Part shown: positions 20,701 through 29,673 of the stretch, in pieces
Position numbering within the stretch: position 1 is the stretch's first letter
How the letters are laid out: every line of letters begins with the position of its first letter
Assembly (NCBI GenBank): GCA_013003535.1
Contig: JABDIY010000028.1
Location: forward strand, 25,631 to 89,630
Source of the DNA: Acidimicrobiales bacterium
GTDB lineage: Bacteria > Actinomycetota > Acidimicrobiia > Acidimicrobiales > SZUA-35
Direction of reading: 5' to 3'
Length of the DNA: 64,000 bases
Program-made: the position numbers and the translations under genes
Notes under the pieces: model-generated
Told to the model about the DNA's origin: nothing
Databases searched by the model: none
What the model saw: only the letters and a program-made list of their open reading frames with translations

Positions 20701-20889
20701 CTAGCCTCTAGCTGCCAAGTGATCCATCGTTGCGAGAGTTTGTTCCGCCCACGTTGTGGGACAGGCCCGGCAGTGCAGTTCGGCCCGGCCGCGCACGAGA
20801 TCGAGGAAATCGATGATCCCTCGGCTCCCACACGCGGGGCATGGATGCCGTACCGGATCTTTCGGTCGCGCACTTTTCGTCATCCCCAT
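20701..20889 (-). CDS. Small zinc-ribbon protein (62 aa)
   Basis: MGMTKSARPKDPVRHPCPACGSRG...LHCRACPTTW has two CxxC pairs. It lies downstream of the ArsA-like pair on the same strand. The ORF-track start at 21084 overlaps the upstream gene. Confidence 0.45.
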   Translation of the reverse strand: MGMTKSARPKDPVRHPCPACGSRGIIDFLDLVRGRAELHCRACPTTWAEQTLATMDHLAARG

Positions 20890-21058
20890 GATGAACTTCC
20901 TTTTTCTAACAACAGTCGACTCATAACCAGTACCGCGAGCCGAAAACCAATGAGACCCAATTTCACCGCACGATCGGGACCGTGTCCACGGTCGATTCAC
21001 ATGGTTTGACTGATGCATTTGGCCCAGCACCCCATTCGGGTCCCACGGCCGTGAGTTA

Positions 21059-22096
21059 TCAGTGAACCAGCCGGGCGAGCTCAATCACAGAGTTGAGCGC
21101 TGTAGGCGAGTCTGGCACTTCAACTACCGGGATCCCAGCTGGGCCATGAGCCGCGGTCTGGGCCCTCCTGCGCAAATCCTCCACTCTTCTACGTAGCTCG
21201 GGATCTTCTACCAGGCCGAGGTCCTTTGGTGTCAGCTTCGCAACTGCGGGAGGAAGGGCACGGTTGATGACAGACAAAGAGGGTTGATGGGCCCGGCGCT
21301 GCAATTCAGCAAGGAGGATGCTGGCCTGCTCGGCTGGTCCGGTCTCTGGAGTCTGTACCACGACATACTTCGTGGTGGGAGCGAAGAGTCGCTCTTGGAC
21401 CAAACGTGTCCGATCGGCGAAACTTTTCTGGAGCTGGCTGAAGAGCCAGAAGAAGTCGGCGATGTCAGCGAGGAAGGGACCGCCCAGCAGTCGCTCGGCG
21501 ATGGAGAGAAACGGGGCTGCGGCGATCTGCGATAGCCGGGACCGGTAGGGCGCAGTCAACCACGTGAGCAGCCGAGACCCAAAGAAGTCCTCCATCTTGG
21601 CTGGCGCATCGAGAACGTCGAGTGCGTGCACCGAAGGCGGCGTGTCGATGATCACCAGGTCGAACCGGTCATCGTCGGACTGATCCACCAAGTGGTCGAG
21701 GGCAATGTAGTCATGACTCTGCACGAAACGAGTGGTGAGCGACCGATACAGCGGATTGGCCAACAGATCGTCTCTGACCTCGGCGGTAGGAGCATGCCGC
21801 TCCACCAACCGGTCCCAGCTGCGGCTCATGTTCACCATCGAGGCCCAGAACCGACCGGACGGGGTTGGAACAAGAATCTCCTCTTCCATGAGTTCATCGA
21901 CCCCGAGCGCCTGGGCCAACCGCCGGGCCGGGTCGATCGTGATCACCTGAACTCGCCGGTCGTGATGAATCGCCGCTCGGGCTCCGAGCGCCGCCGCGGT
22001 TGTGGTCTTGCCCACCCCGCCGGGACCGACGATCACGATCACCTCGGCGGTTGCCAGAAGTTCGTCGACGGGTCCCTGATCAGACGTCTCGCTCAT
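21059..22096 (-). CDS. ArsA/Get3-like P-loop ATPase (second of a pair)
   Basis: P-loop VIVGPGGVGKTTTAAALG. ATG 22096 overlaps the upstream TGA (ATGA). Confidence 0.8.
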   Translation of the reverse strand: MSETSDQGPVDELLATAEVIVIVGPGGVGKTTTAAALGARAAIHHDRRVQVITIDPARRLAQALGVDELMEEEILVPTPSGRFWASMVNMSRSWDRLVERHAPTAEVRDDLLANPLYRSLTTRFVQSHDYIALDHLVDQSDDDRFDLVIIDTPPSVHALDVLDAPAKMEDFFGSRLLTWLTAPYRSRLSQIAAAPFLSIAERLLGGPFLADIADFFWLFSQLQKSFADRTRLVQERLFAPTTKYVVVQTPETGPAEQASILLAELQRRAHQPSLSVINRALPPAVAKLTPKDLGLVEDPELRRRVEDLRRRAQTAAHGPAGIPVVEVPDSPTALNSVIELARLVH

Positions 22097-22998
22097 CGAA
22101 GCCCGCTCCACATTCGGCGAGCGTGATCGGTGGGGTCTTGAGCGGCATACACAAACCGGAGCGGGAGTTCAGTACTGTTCCAGACGTCGGCAAAACGGGT
22201 GGCTTCGGTCATCGCCGTCCGGTTCGCTCGGGCGACGATCGCACACGCGGCCGCGAGGCCAGGATTATCGCCGGCGGCCAGCTGATCGGCCTCGACCATT
22301 GCCTCCGCGGAGAGAATTGATGGCATGCGATTTATTACCGCCCCCGCGAGACTGACACGAGTTTCTTCCTCGATCCGATCGGCGAGTTGTAACGCCTCGG
22401 TGACCGGCAACTCTTCGGGCGTGGCCACTATCCAAACGCCGGTCTTGGCGGGATCCTCCAGAATATTGGACAACCAATCCGTCTGGGCAGCTAGCGGGCC
22501 GATGTTCAGGAGCCCGCCAATATTGTCCGGCGCGGCGATGAGTTCCACGACATGACCAGTGGCCGGGCCGTCCACGATCACGCGGTCCCAGCTTCCCTCC
22601 CGGACATCGTGACCCACCTTCCCGATCGTAAGGATCTCAGTGACCCCGGGCGCAGCGGTTGCGACGTAGTCGAAAATGCGAGAGATCGGGCCCAGACGGG
22701 ACGCCGGGATAGGGAACTTCAGGTAGATCTTGAGGTACTCATCAAGGGCAAGAGCGGTGGTGAGCTCGAGCAACTCGCCCCCGTTCTTCAACGACCTGGA
22801 ACCTAACGCGAGCCGGGTACCGGCATGGTTGTTGACGTCGACGAGAAGTACTCGCTCGCCGGCGTTGGCGCAGGCCAAAGCAAGCCCGGCGGCAACTGTG
22901 GACCTACCGACTCCCCCTTTGCCGGCGACGATGACCAGTTGCTGGTCAGGCAGGGGGGACTGAAACAGATCAGGCCCCGAATCCGATGCGGCGGCCAT
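22093..22998 (-). CDS. ArsA/Get3-like P-loop ATPase (first of a pair)
   Basis: P-loop VIVAGKGGVGRSTVAAGLA. Its 5' end overlaps the 3' end of the DUF3107 gene by 29 nt. Confidence 0.8.
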   Translation of the reverse strand: MAAASDSGPDLFQSPLPDQQLVIVAGKGGVGRSTVAAGLALACANAGERVLLVDVNNHAGTRLALGSRSLKNGGELLELTTALALDEYLKIYLKFPIPASRLGPISRIFDYVATAAPGVTEILTIGKVGHDVREGSWDRVIVDGPATGHVVELIAAPDNIGGLLNIGPLAAQTDWLSNILEDPAKTGVWIVATPEELPVTEALQLADRIEEETRVSLAGAVINRMPSILSAEAMVEADQLAAGDNPGLAAACAIVARANRTAMTEATRFADVWNSTELPLRFVYAAQDPTDHARRMWSGLR

Positions 22999-23200
22999 CG
23001 GCGGCCGACCCGATGTCGGCGAAAGCGACTTTGGCGCCCGGGATCCCGGTCTCTTTGCCCCGCTTGTCGATGAGCCAGAGCACAGTCCCCTCGCTGATGC
23101 TGTCCGAGATCGACGACTTCAGCGCCGCTCGGTCCGTCTCGTCGGCCATTTCGACCTCGATGACCTGGTTGCTCTCACTGATGCCAATTCGTACGTCCAT
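22970..23200 (-). CDS. DUF3107 family small protein
   Basis: MDVRIGISESNQVIEVEM...LWLIDKRGKETGIPGAKVAFADIG...RIGFGA matches the remembered DUF3107 pattern (MEVKIG...LTDDKGRRVLVPADKLAYVEIG...VGFG). Confidence 0.6.
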   Translation of the reverse strand: MDVRIGISESNQVIEVEMADETDRAALKSSISDSISEGTVLWLIDKRGKETGIPGAKVAFADIGSAADGRRIGFGA

Positions 23201-23230
23201 CGCCCGTAACGATAGAGCGCGATCTGGCCG

Positions 23231-24376
23231 TTAGCTCACCCGGAGTTCGCTGCGGTAGCGCCGCTTGGGCGCAAGTGTGACGTCGATCATCTCGGCCATT
23301 TGGGCAAAGAGCGCACCAGCCTCAGACTTCGCATCGACCGCGATGGGTTTACCATTGTCGGCACCTTCACGGAGCTTTGTTACCAGGGGAATCTTGCCGA
23401 GGAGCGGCACATCGAGTTCCCTGGCCAACGAATCGCCACCACCTTGGCCGAAGATTTCATACCGCTTCCCGTCATCGCCGGTGAACCAGCTCATGTTCTC
23501 GATCACCCCTGCAACCGAGAGGTTGACCTTGCGAGCCATGTACGCAGCGCGCTGGGCGACCTTTTCCGCGGTTGCCTGAGGTGTGGTCACCACGTACATC
23601 TCGCCCCGGGGCATGAACTGGGCTATGGACAGTGCAATGTCACCTGTGCCGGGGGGAAGGTCCACGATGAGGTAGTCGGGTTCGTCCCAGAACACATCGG
23701 TGAGGAACTGTTCCAGGGCCTTGTGGAGCATCGGACCACGCCAAATCACCGGTTGGTCTTCTTCCACGAAGAACCCCATGGAGATACAACGAACGCCGTG
23801 CCGTTCTGGGGGGACGATCATTTCGTCGATGATCGTGGGGTCGTGATCAATCCCCAGCATGCGAGGAATTGAAAAACCCCAGACATCGGCGTCTACTACG
23901 GCGACCGACTTGCCCCGCGCTGCAATAGCGACAGCAAGGTTTGTGGTGACCGAACTTTTCCCAACGCCACCTTTGCCGGAAGCGATCAGCAAGACGCGCG
24001 TGGCGCTTCCCGGATCGGCGAAGGGAATCGCCCGACCCTCCGCATGACCGTGGGCCTGGGTACTGCCGGCGGTGGCGGCGGGGTTGCCGTGAAGGCTGCG
24101 CCGAAGCTCCTCTCGCTGCTGGTCGGTCATCACGCCGAATTCGATGGTGACGTGATCCGCCCCGTCCAGGGCGGTGACCGCCTCGGTGACACGACGGTCG
24201 ATCTCGTTGCGGAGCGGGCAGCCCGCGATGGTGAGGTCTATTGCCACGGTCACCACTGGGAGCGCAATATCGATCCTTCGGACCATTCCGAGGTCGACGA
24301 TGCTGCGATGCAGCTCCGGGTCCTCCACAGGCCGGAGGGCCTCGGTCACGGTTTCAGTGGTCACTGCGCTGCTCAC
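23231..24376 (-). CDS. Mrp/NBP35/ApbC-type Fe-S cluster carrier ATPase with N-terminal DUF59 domain
   Basis: DUF59 motif VEDPELHRSIVDLGMV, deviant Walker A IASGKGGVGKSSVTTNLA. GTG start at 24376 is chosen to avoid overlap with the divergent gene. Confidence 0.85.
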   Translation of the reverse strand: MSSAVTTETVTEALRPVEDPELHRSIVDLGMVRRIDIALPVVTVAIDLTIAGCPLRNEIDRRVTEAVTALDGADHVTIEFGVMTDQQREELRRSLHGNPAATAGSTQAHGHAEGRAIPFADPGSATRVLLIASGKGGVGKSSVTTNLAVAIAARGKSVAVVDADVWGFSIPRMLGIDHDPTIIDEMIVPPERHGVRCISMGFFVEEDQPVIWRGPMLHKALEQFLTDVFWDEPDYLIVDLPPGTGDIALSIAQFMPRGEMYVVTTPQATAEKVAQRAAYMARKVNLSVAGVIENMSWFTGDDGKRYEIFGQGGGDSLARELDVPLLGKIPLVTKLREGADNGKPIAVDAKSEAGALFAQMAEMIDVTLAPKRRYRSELRVS

Positions 24377-24417
24377 CCTGCAAGCGTATCCATCTCCACC
24401 TCTTCTAGACTGGCGGG

Positions 24418-25185
24418 GTGGCACAGCGAGCCCTAAAACCGGCAGAATTCGCCAATCTTGTCAATGCGGTGACCTCGGCCTTCGGCGATCCAACCCGCCG
24501 CGACATCTATCTCCTACTTCACGAATACCCCAACGGCCTCACCGCTTCAGAGGTCGCTTCGCATGCCGGTGTCCACGCCAACGTCGCCCGCCACCATCTG
24601 GAAAAACTCACCAGCGGGGGCTACCTCGACATCACCAAACGGGCGTCGGTGGGAGCCGGCCGGCCAGCCAAGGTCTTCACCGCATCGGAGACCAGTCTCC
24701 GCCTCGAATTTGAAGTAGGGCACGACGACATCCTGATCACACTTCTTGGCAAAGCGTTGTCCCGATTGGACCCGGATGAGGCCGCCGAAATGGCCGAGGA
24801 GGTGGGTCTTGAGTTCGGCCGCAAGATGGCCAGCGGGATACATAGGGCAGATGCCGACGAATCGCATCGGTCGTTCCGATCCGCGTTGCACATCGTGGCC
24901 GACGCCCTCTCGGCCCACGGTTTCGCCGCTCGAGCCGAACGCCACCACACAGACAGCCCGTCAGGCTCTACCGACGAGCCGCAGCTGCAGATCGTGGCAG
25001 GACATTGCCCGTTCGGAGATGTGGCGATCGAGCACCCGGTGGTGTGCGCCGTTGATCGAGGGATGGTGAAGGGATTGCTGGGATCGCTCTACGGTGAAAC
25101 CCAAGTTGCACTCGGGTCCTCGGTGGCCAGAGGTGATGCGGCCTGCATCACCGACGTGGTCGACAGCGCTGCCACTTCCCTGTGA
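24418..25185 (+). CDS. ArsR-type winged-helix regulator with C-terminal Cys-containing domain (SufR-like)
   Basis: wHTH region FGDPTRRDIYLLLHEYPNGLTASEVASHAGVHANVARHHLEKLTSGGYLD. The C-terminal part carries three Cys (GHCPFG, VVCAVD, AACITD). Confidence 0.6.
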   Translation: MAQRALKPAEFANLVNAVTSAFGDPTRRDIYLLLHEYPNGLTASEVASHAGVHANVARHHLEKLTSGGYLDITKRASVGAGRPAKVFTASETSLRLEFEVGHDDILITLLGKALSRLDPDEAAEMAEEVGLEFGRKMASGIHRADADESHRSFRSALHIVADALSAHGFAARAERHHTDSPSGSTDEPQLQIVAGHCPFGDVAIEHPVVCAVDRGMVKGLLGSLYGETQVALGSSVARGDAACITDVVDSAATSL

Positions 25186-26312
25186 GCCGCATCTATCTCG
25201 ATTCCGCCTCAGTTGCGCCGCTACGGTCAGCGGCGAAGGAGGCCGTGCTGGCCGGGCTCAACCTGCCCACCGCGGACCCCGGGCGACTCCACACCGAAGC
25301 GATGGAAGTCCGGGCCCACCTCGAACACGCCCGAGAGCAGGTCGCGGTCCTGCTCGGGGCCCGACCCTCAGAAATCATTTTCAACTCGTCGGCGTCGGAA
25401 GGAATCGCCACCGTTGTAAAAGGCATGCTCTCCACGTCGCCCGATGGCGTGGTGGTGGGAACCGCGGTGGAGCATTCTGCAGTACGGCTCTCCGCCGGCG
25501 ATTCGTTCGTACCGGTGCCGGTCACGGGCGAGGGACTGGTCACGGTTGATGCGCTGCGGCAGACGCTGGCCGATCAAACGAGGGTGGGTCGGCCGATCGT
25601 CCTCTTGGCACTCCAGCTGGGAAACCACGAAATGGGGGCGGTACAGCCCATCGCCAACCTGTTGAACGTTGCTCGGGACGTGAGGATTGCCACGCTGGTC
25701 GATGCAGCGCAGGCCGCACCGTGGCGAACTATCGACGTGCGTTCCCTCGAGCCCAACTATCTCACGATCTCTGGCCCGAAGCTGGGGGCGCCACTGGGTA
25801 CCGGCGCCCTCATGGTCCAGCGGGGACAACGCACCGCTCCGTTCATAATGGGAGGTGCGCAGGAGCGGGGTCGGCGCGCCGGACTAGAAAACGTTCCCGC
25901 GGCCATGGGCCTAGGTGCGGCGTGTGACGAACTCGCCGAGTCGATCCAGCGCGAGATCGACCATGTCAGCGCCCTCACATTGATGCTTCGGGATGGTCTG
26001 GCGGACCTCGACGGCGTTACGCTCTTCGGCCCCGAGGCCCCTGAACACCGCCTTCCCCATCTGGTCTGCTGCGGGCTCGACCGGATCGAGCCGCAGGCGG
26101 TCCTCATCGACTTGGACCGAGCGGGCATTGCCGCCCACTCCGGGTCGGCCTGCGCGTCGGAAGAACTCGAACCATCGCCGGTTCTTGCAGCGATGGGCGT
26201 CGATGCTGATCGATCACTTCGGTTCAGCCTTCACCGTCACTCCACCATGGCCGACGTTCAGCGTGTTTTGGATGTTCTGCCGGGCAGCCTTGCCAGACTG
26301 CGCGCTCTCTGA
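25182..26312 (+). CDS. Cysteine desulfurase (class V aminotransferase, IscS/NifS-like)
   Basis: PLP-lysine region ISGPKLGAPLGTGALMV and catalytic Cys loop HSGSACAS. The GTG start overlaps the regulator stop (GTGA). Confidence 0.85.
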   Translation: MSRIYLDSASVAPLRSAAKEAVLAGLNLPTADPGRLHTEAMEVRAHLEHAREQVAVLLGARPSEIIFNSSASEGIATVVKGMLSTSPDGVVVGTAVEHSAVRLSAGDSFVPVPVTGEGLVTVDALRQTLADQTRVGRPIVLLALQLGNHEMGAVQPIANLLNVARDVRIATLVDAAQAAPWRTIDVRSLEPNYLTISGPKLGAPLGTGALMVQRGQRTAPFIMGGAQERGRRAGLENVPAAMGLGAACDELAESIQREIDHVSALTLMLRDGLADLDGVTLFGPEAPEHRLPHLVCCGLDRIEPQAVLIDLDRAGIAAHSGSACASEELEPSPVLAAMGVDADRSLRFSLHRHSTMADVQRVLDVLPGSLARLRAL

Positions 26313-26407
26313 CCGTAAGCTGATCGATCCCCGCGTCTCAAGAAATCTCCCGCAGAAATCCACGCCAAATTGCCGGGACGGTGCAATGAGGTGGTTCCAT
26401 AGAGCGA

Positions 26408-27505
26408 ATGAGCAAGAATGATGTGATTCGGTACGGTGTGATCGGCACCGGGATGATGGGCCTCGAGCACATCTATAACATCAATGCGGTTGCCGGCGGC
26501 GTCGTCACCGCGGTGTCGGACCCCCACGAGGGATCACGAGCCGGCGGTCTCGATGCCGCCAGGCAAGCCGCTGATGCCCCGTCCATAATTGGCTCATTTT
26601 CGCACCACGGAGAACTCCTCGAATCTGGATTGGTGGACGCAGTGGTGATCGCCAGCCCCAATTTTACGCATCGATCCGTGCTCGGCGACGTCCTGACCGC
26701 AGATGTGCACACGCTCATCGAAAAGCCGTTGTGCACAACGGTGGAAGACTGTGCCGCGGTTGTGGAACTGGCCAGCAAGAGTTCCAAGGTCACCCAGGTG
26801 GGCATGGAGTACCGGTACATGCCGCCGGTGGCGCGGCTGATCCGTGAGGTCAAGGCCGGCGCCATCGGGGATCCTCGCATGGTCGCAATCCGCGAGCACC
26901 GCTTCCCGTTTCTCGAAAAGGTCGGCGCTTGGAACCGGTTCAGCGCCAACACTGGCGGAACGCTGGTGGAGAAGTGTTGCCACTTCTTCGATCTCATGAA
27001 CGAGATCTTGGGAACCAAGCCCCTGCGGGTGATGGCTTCGGGGGGGCAGGATGTCAACCACCTGGACGAGTCCTATGACGGGCGCGTGCCCGACGTTCTG
27101 GACAATGCGTTCGTGATCATCGAATACCCCGATGGCAAACGGGCGCACCTGGATCTGTGCATGTTCGCCGAAGCAACCCATAATCAGGAGGAGATGAGCG
27201 CAGTTGGCGCCAAAGGCAAGGTGGAGGCGTTCCTGCCCACCAGCATCTTCAAGTCGGGCCGCCGCGGGGAACATTTTGTCGGAAACGTTGACATCGAGGA
27301 GATCCACGACGCCACCGTGGCCTATGAAGGTTTGCATCATGGTTCCAGTTATTTGGAGCACGTGGATTTCCTGGCCGCATGCCGAGGGGAACGCGAAATA
27401 GAAGTCACCGTGGAAGATGGTCTGCTGAGCGTCGCCATGGGCGTGGCCGCCCACCGCAGTATCGAAGAAGGTCGCATCGTGGCGATGACAGAAGTTCTGG
27501 GATAG
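26408..27505 (+). CDS. Gfo/Idh/MocA family NAD(P)-dependent oxidoreductase
   Basis: N-terminal Rossmann motif IRYGVIGTGMMGLEHI, and EKPL motif (LIEKPLCTT). Confidence 0.8.
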   Translation: MSKNDVIRYGVIGTGMMGLEHIYNINAVAGGVVTAVSDPHEGSRAGGLDAARQAADAPSIIGSFSHHGELLESGLVDAVVIASPNFTHRSVLGDVLTADVHTLIEKPLCTTVEDCAAVVELASKSSKVTQVGMEYRYMPPVARLIREVKAGAIGDPRMVAIREHRFPFLEKVGAWNRFSANTGGTLVEKCCHFFDLMNEILGTKPLRVMASGGQDVNHLDESYDGRVPDVLDNAFVIIEYPDGKRAHLDLCMFAEATHNQEEMSAVGAKGKVEAFLPTSIFKSGRRGEHFVGNVDIEEIHDATVAYEGLHHGSSYLEHVDFLAACRGEREIEVTVEDGLLSVAMGVAAHRSIEEGRIVAMTEVLG

Positions 27506-27575
27506 AGACGCTCCCTCGTATCTCTGTTTGTCATGGCCACCCGCAAACGTGAGTTGCACCACTAAATTGAAACCC

Positions 27576-28667
27576 ATGTGGACAGCACCGACAGTGGAAA
27601 TGGCATGGTTCTCAGCCCTCTGCGACGATGACTATGAGTTCTTGGGAGCTCCAGATCCGCACCTGCTGTCAAGCTGGGAACACTGCCGCAACATCGTCCT
27701 GACCGCGGAACGGTATGGGTTCGACAACGTCCTACTTCCTTCGGGGTATCAGCTCGGAATTGACAACACCGCCTTTGCCGCCGGCATGGCGCCGCTCACC
27801 GAGACAATCCGCATGTTGCTCGCGATTCGCTGCGGCGAACTGGTAGTGCCTCAGGTCGCACGCCAGATGGCCACGTTGGACCAAATGCTCGGCGGACGAC
27901 TGACCATCAACATCATCTCCAGCGACATTCCAGGGGAAACCCTCGACTCCGAGCCCCGTTACCGGCGAAGCACCGAGATCATGTATGCCCTGCGACAACT
28001 CCTGAACGGGCAGGGCGTCGACATGCAGGGCGACTTCGTGAAGTTGAAGATCGACCCGCCACGGATTCGTACGGTGACCGGCAAAAGTCCCCTCTTTTAT
28101 TTCGGTGGTCTGTCTCCCGCCGCCCGCGAATGCGCAGCGGCTGGTGCCGACGTGTTCCTGATGTGGCCCGACATCACCGCCAGCATGCTCGAGGTGAAAG
28201 CCGATATGGATGCTCGGGCGGCGGCCAAGGGTCGCTCACTCCGATATGGCTGGCGCTCCCACGTGATCGTTCGGGAAACCGAGGACGAGGCCAGACTGGC
28301 TGCCCGCCGGCTCCTCTCCAAACTCGACGTTCAAACCGGTGAGGATATCCGCAAGAAATCGCTGGATTCGGCCAGTGCGGGCGTGGCCCGACAAGCGGCG
28401 CTGCGAGACTCCTCCGACGATGAGGGCTACGCCGAGCGTCACCTGTGGACCGGGGTTGGCCGGGCCCGTTCGGGCGCTGGTGCAGCGATCGTTGGTGATC
28501 CCGACCAAGTCTTGGCCAAACTCCACGAACTTGCGGCGGCGGGAATCGAGGCTTTCATCCTGAGCGGCTATCCCCACGCCGCTGAATGCGATCTCTTCTC
28601 CCGTTACGTTCTGCCCAATGTCGACCATGGGCAACTCCAATTCGAACCTCACGACGTGACTCTCTGA
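27576..28667 (+). CDS. LLM-class (luciferase-like) flavin-dependent monooxygenase, SsuD-like
   Basis: Overall SsuD-like layout: FSALCDDDYEFLG..., GGRLTINIISSD, a C-terminal LAAAGIEAFILSGYP segment. ATG 27576 or 27600. Confidence 0.65.
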   Translation: MWTAPTVEMAWFSALCDDDYEFLGAPDPHLLSSWEHCRNIVLTAERYGFDNVLLPSGYQLGIDNTAFAAGMAPLTETIRMLLAIRCGELVVPQVARQMATLDQMLGGRLTINIISSDIPGETLDSEPRYRRSTEIMYALRQLLNGQGVDMQGDFVKLKIDPPRIRTVTGKSPLFYFGGLSPAARECAAAGADVFLMWPDITASMLEVKADMDARAAAKGRSLRYGWRSHVIVRETEDEARLAARRLLSKLDVQTGEDIRKKSLDSASAGVARQAALRDSSDDEGYAERHLWTGVGRARSGAGAAIVGDPDQVLAKLHELAAAGIEAFILSGYPHAAECDLFSRYVLPNVDHGQLQFEPHDVTL

Positions 28668-28677
28668 AACCCCGCCG

Positions 28678-29667
28678 GTGACTTCTACGGTGCCTCAAAG
28701 CAACCCTGTTCTCGCTCGGTTCGAGAGAAACGGGGTTGTGGAGAGCACGCATAGAGGCGCATGGGCCGTGGTCCAATTGGATGAGTCAGGCAGCTCGACG
28801 GTTATCGACTCCCAAGGCGATCCAGACCAACCGATCTTCGCCCGCAGCGCCATGAAGGGCTTGCAGGCCTTGCCATTGCTCGAGACCGGCGCAGCCGAGG
28901 CCTTTGGTCTGAGCGACGCGGAAATCGCCCTGGCTTGTGCATCTCATTCGGCCGAGCCCCAGCACGTGCGTCTTGTCCAACAAATGCTGGCGAGAGGCAA
29001 TCTTGCCGAGGAACACCTCGGCTGTGGTCCCACCACGGCCTGGGATTCAGGCCCGGCTGGCCCAAGACGGAGAGTCTTCCACTGCTGTTCGGGCAAGCAT
29101 GCATCGATGTTGTTGGCCGCGCAGCATCTCGGCGATGCGCCCGCCAACTATCTCCACACCGAATCATGCGAGCAGCAAGCAGTGTTCGGTGCCGTCGCCG
29201 ACATGACCGGTGCCGAGTTGTTCGGCGCAATCGATGGATGCAGTGCTCCAACTTTCTTGATGCCGCTATCCGGTCTTGCTACAGGGATTGCCCGATTGTG
29301 CACACCGGCGAGCTTGTCACCGGAACGGGCCGCCGCCTGTGAGCGAATCACCAACGCCGCGGTCACAAACCCGGAAATGATCGGTGGTTCCCGCGGCCGA
29401 TCAGACACGGATCTTATGAAAGCCACCAGCGGCCGAATCTTCGCCAAACTGGGCGCTGAGGGCGTTTTTGTTGTGGGCGAGCACAGGACTGGCAAGGCGC
29501 TGGCGATCAACATTGATGACGGCAGTCCTCGGGGCTTCCATGCCCTCTGCCTGGAGATACTCCACCGTCACCAGATGCTGAGCGCAGCAGAGCTGGTACC
29601 GCTGGCCTCCTGGGCTGACCGCACCATTCGCAACGCTGAGGGGACGGTCACTGGACGGATCGTTTAG
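28678..29667 (+). CDS. Asparaginase, type II-like (PF06089 family)
   Basis: FARSAMKGLQALPLLETGAAEAFGLSDAEIALACASHSAEPQH matches the remembered family signature. GTG start. Confidence 0.65.
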   Translation: MTSTVPQSNPVLARFERNGVVESTHRGAWAVVQLDESGSSTVIDSQGDPDQPIFARSAMKGLQALPLLETGAAEAFGLSDAEIALACASHSAEPQHVRLVQQMLARGNLAEEHLGCGPTTAWDSGPAGPRRRVFHCCSGKHASMLLAAQHLGDAPANYLHTESCEQQAVFGAVADMTGAELFGAIDGCSAPTFLMPLSGLATGIARLCTPASLSPERAAACERITNAAVTNPEMIGGSRGRSDTDLMKATSGRIFAKLGAEGVFVVGEHRTGKALAINIDDGSPRGFHALCLEILHRHQMLSAAELVPLASWADRTIRNAEGTVTGRIV

Positions 29668-29673
29668 ATCCGC

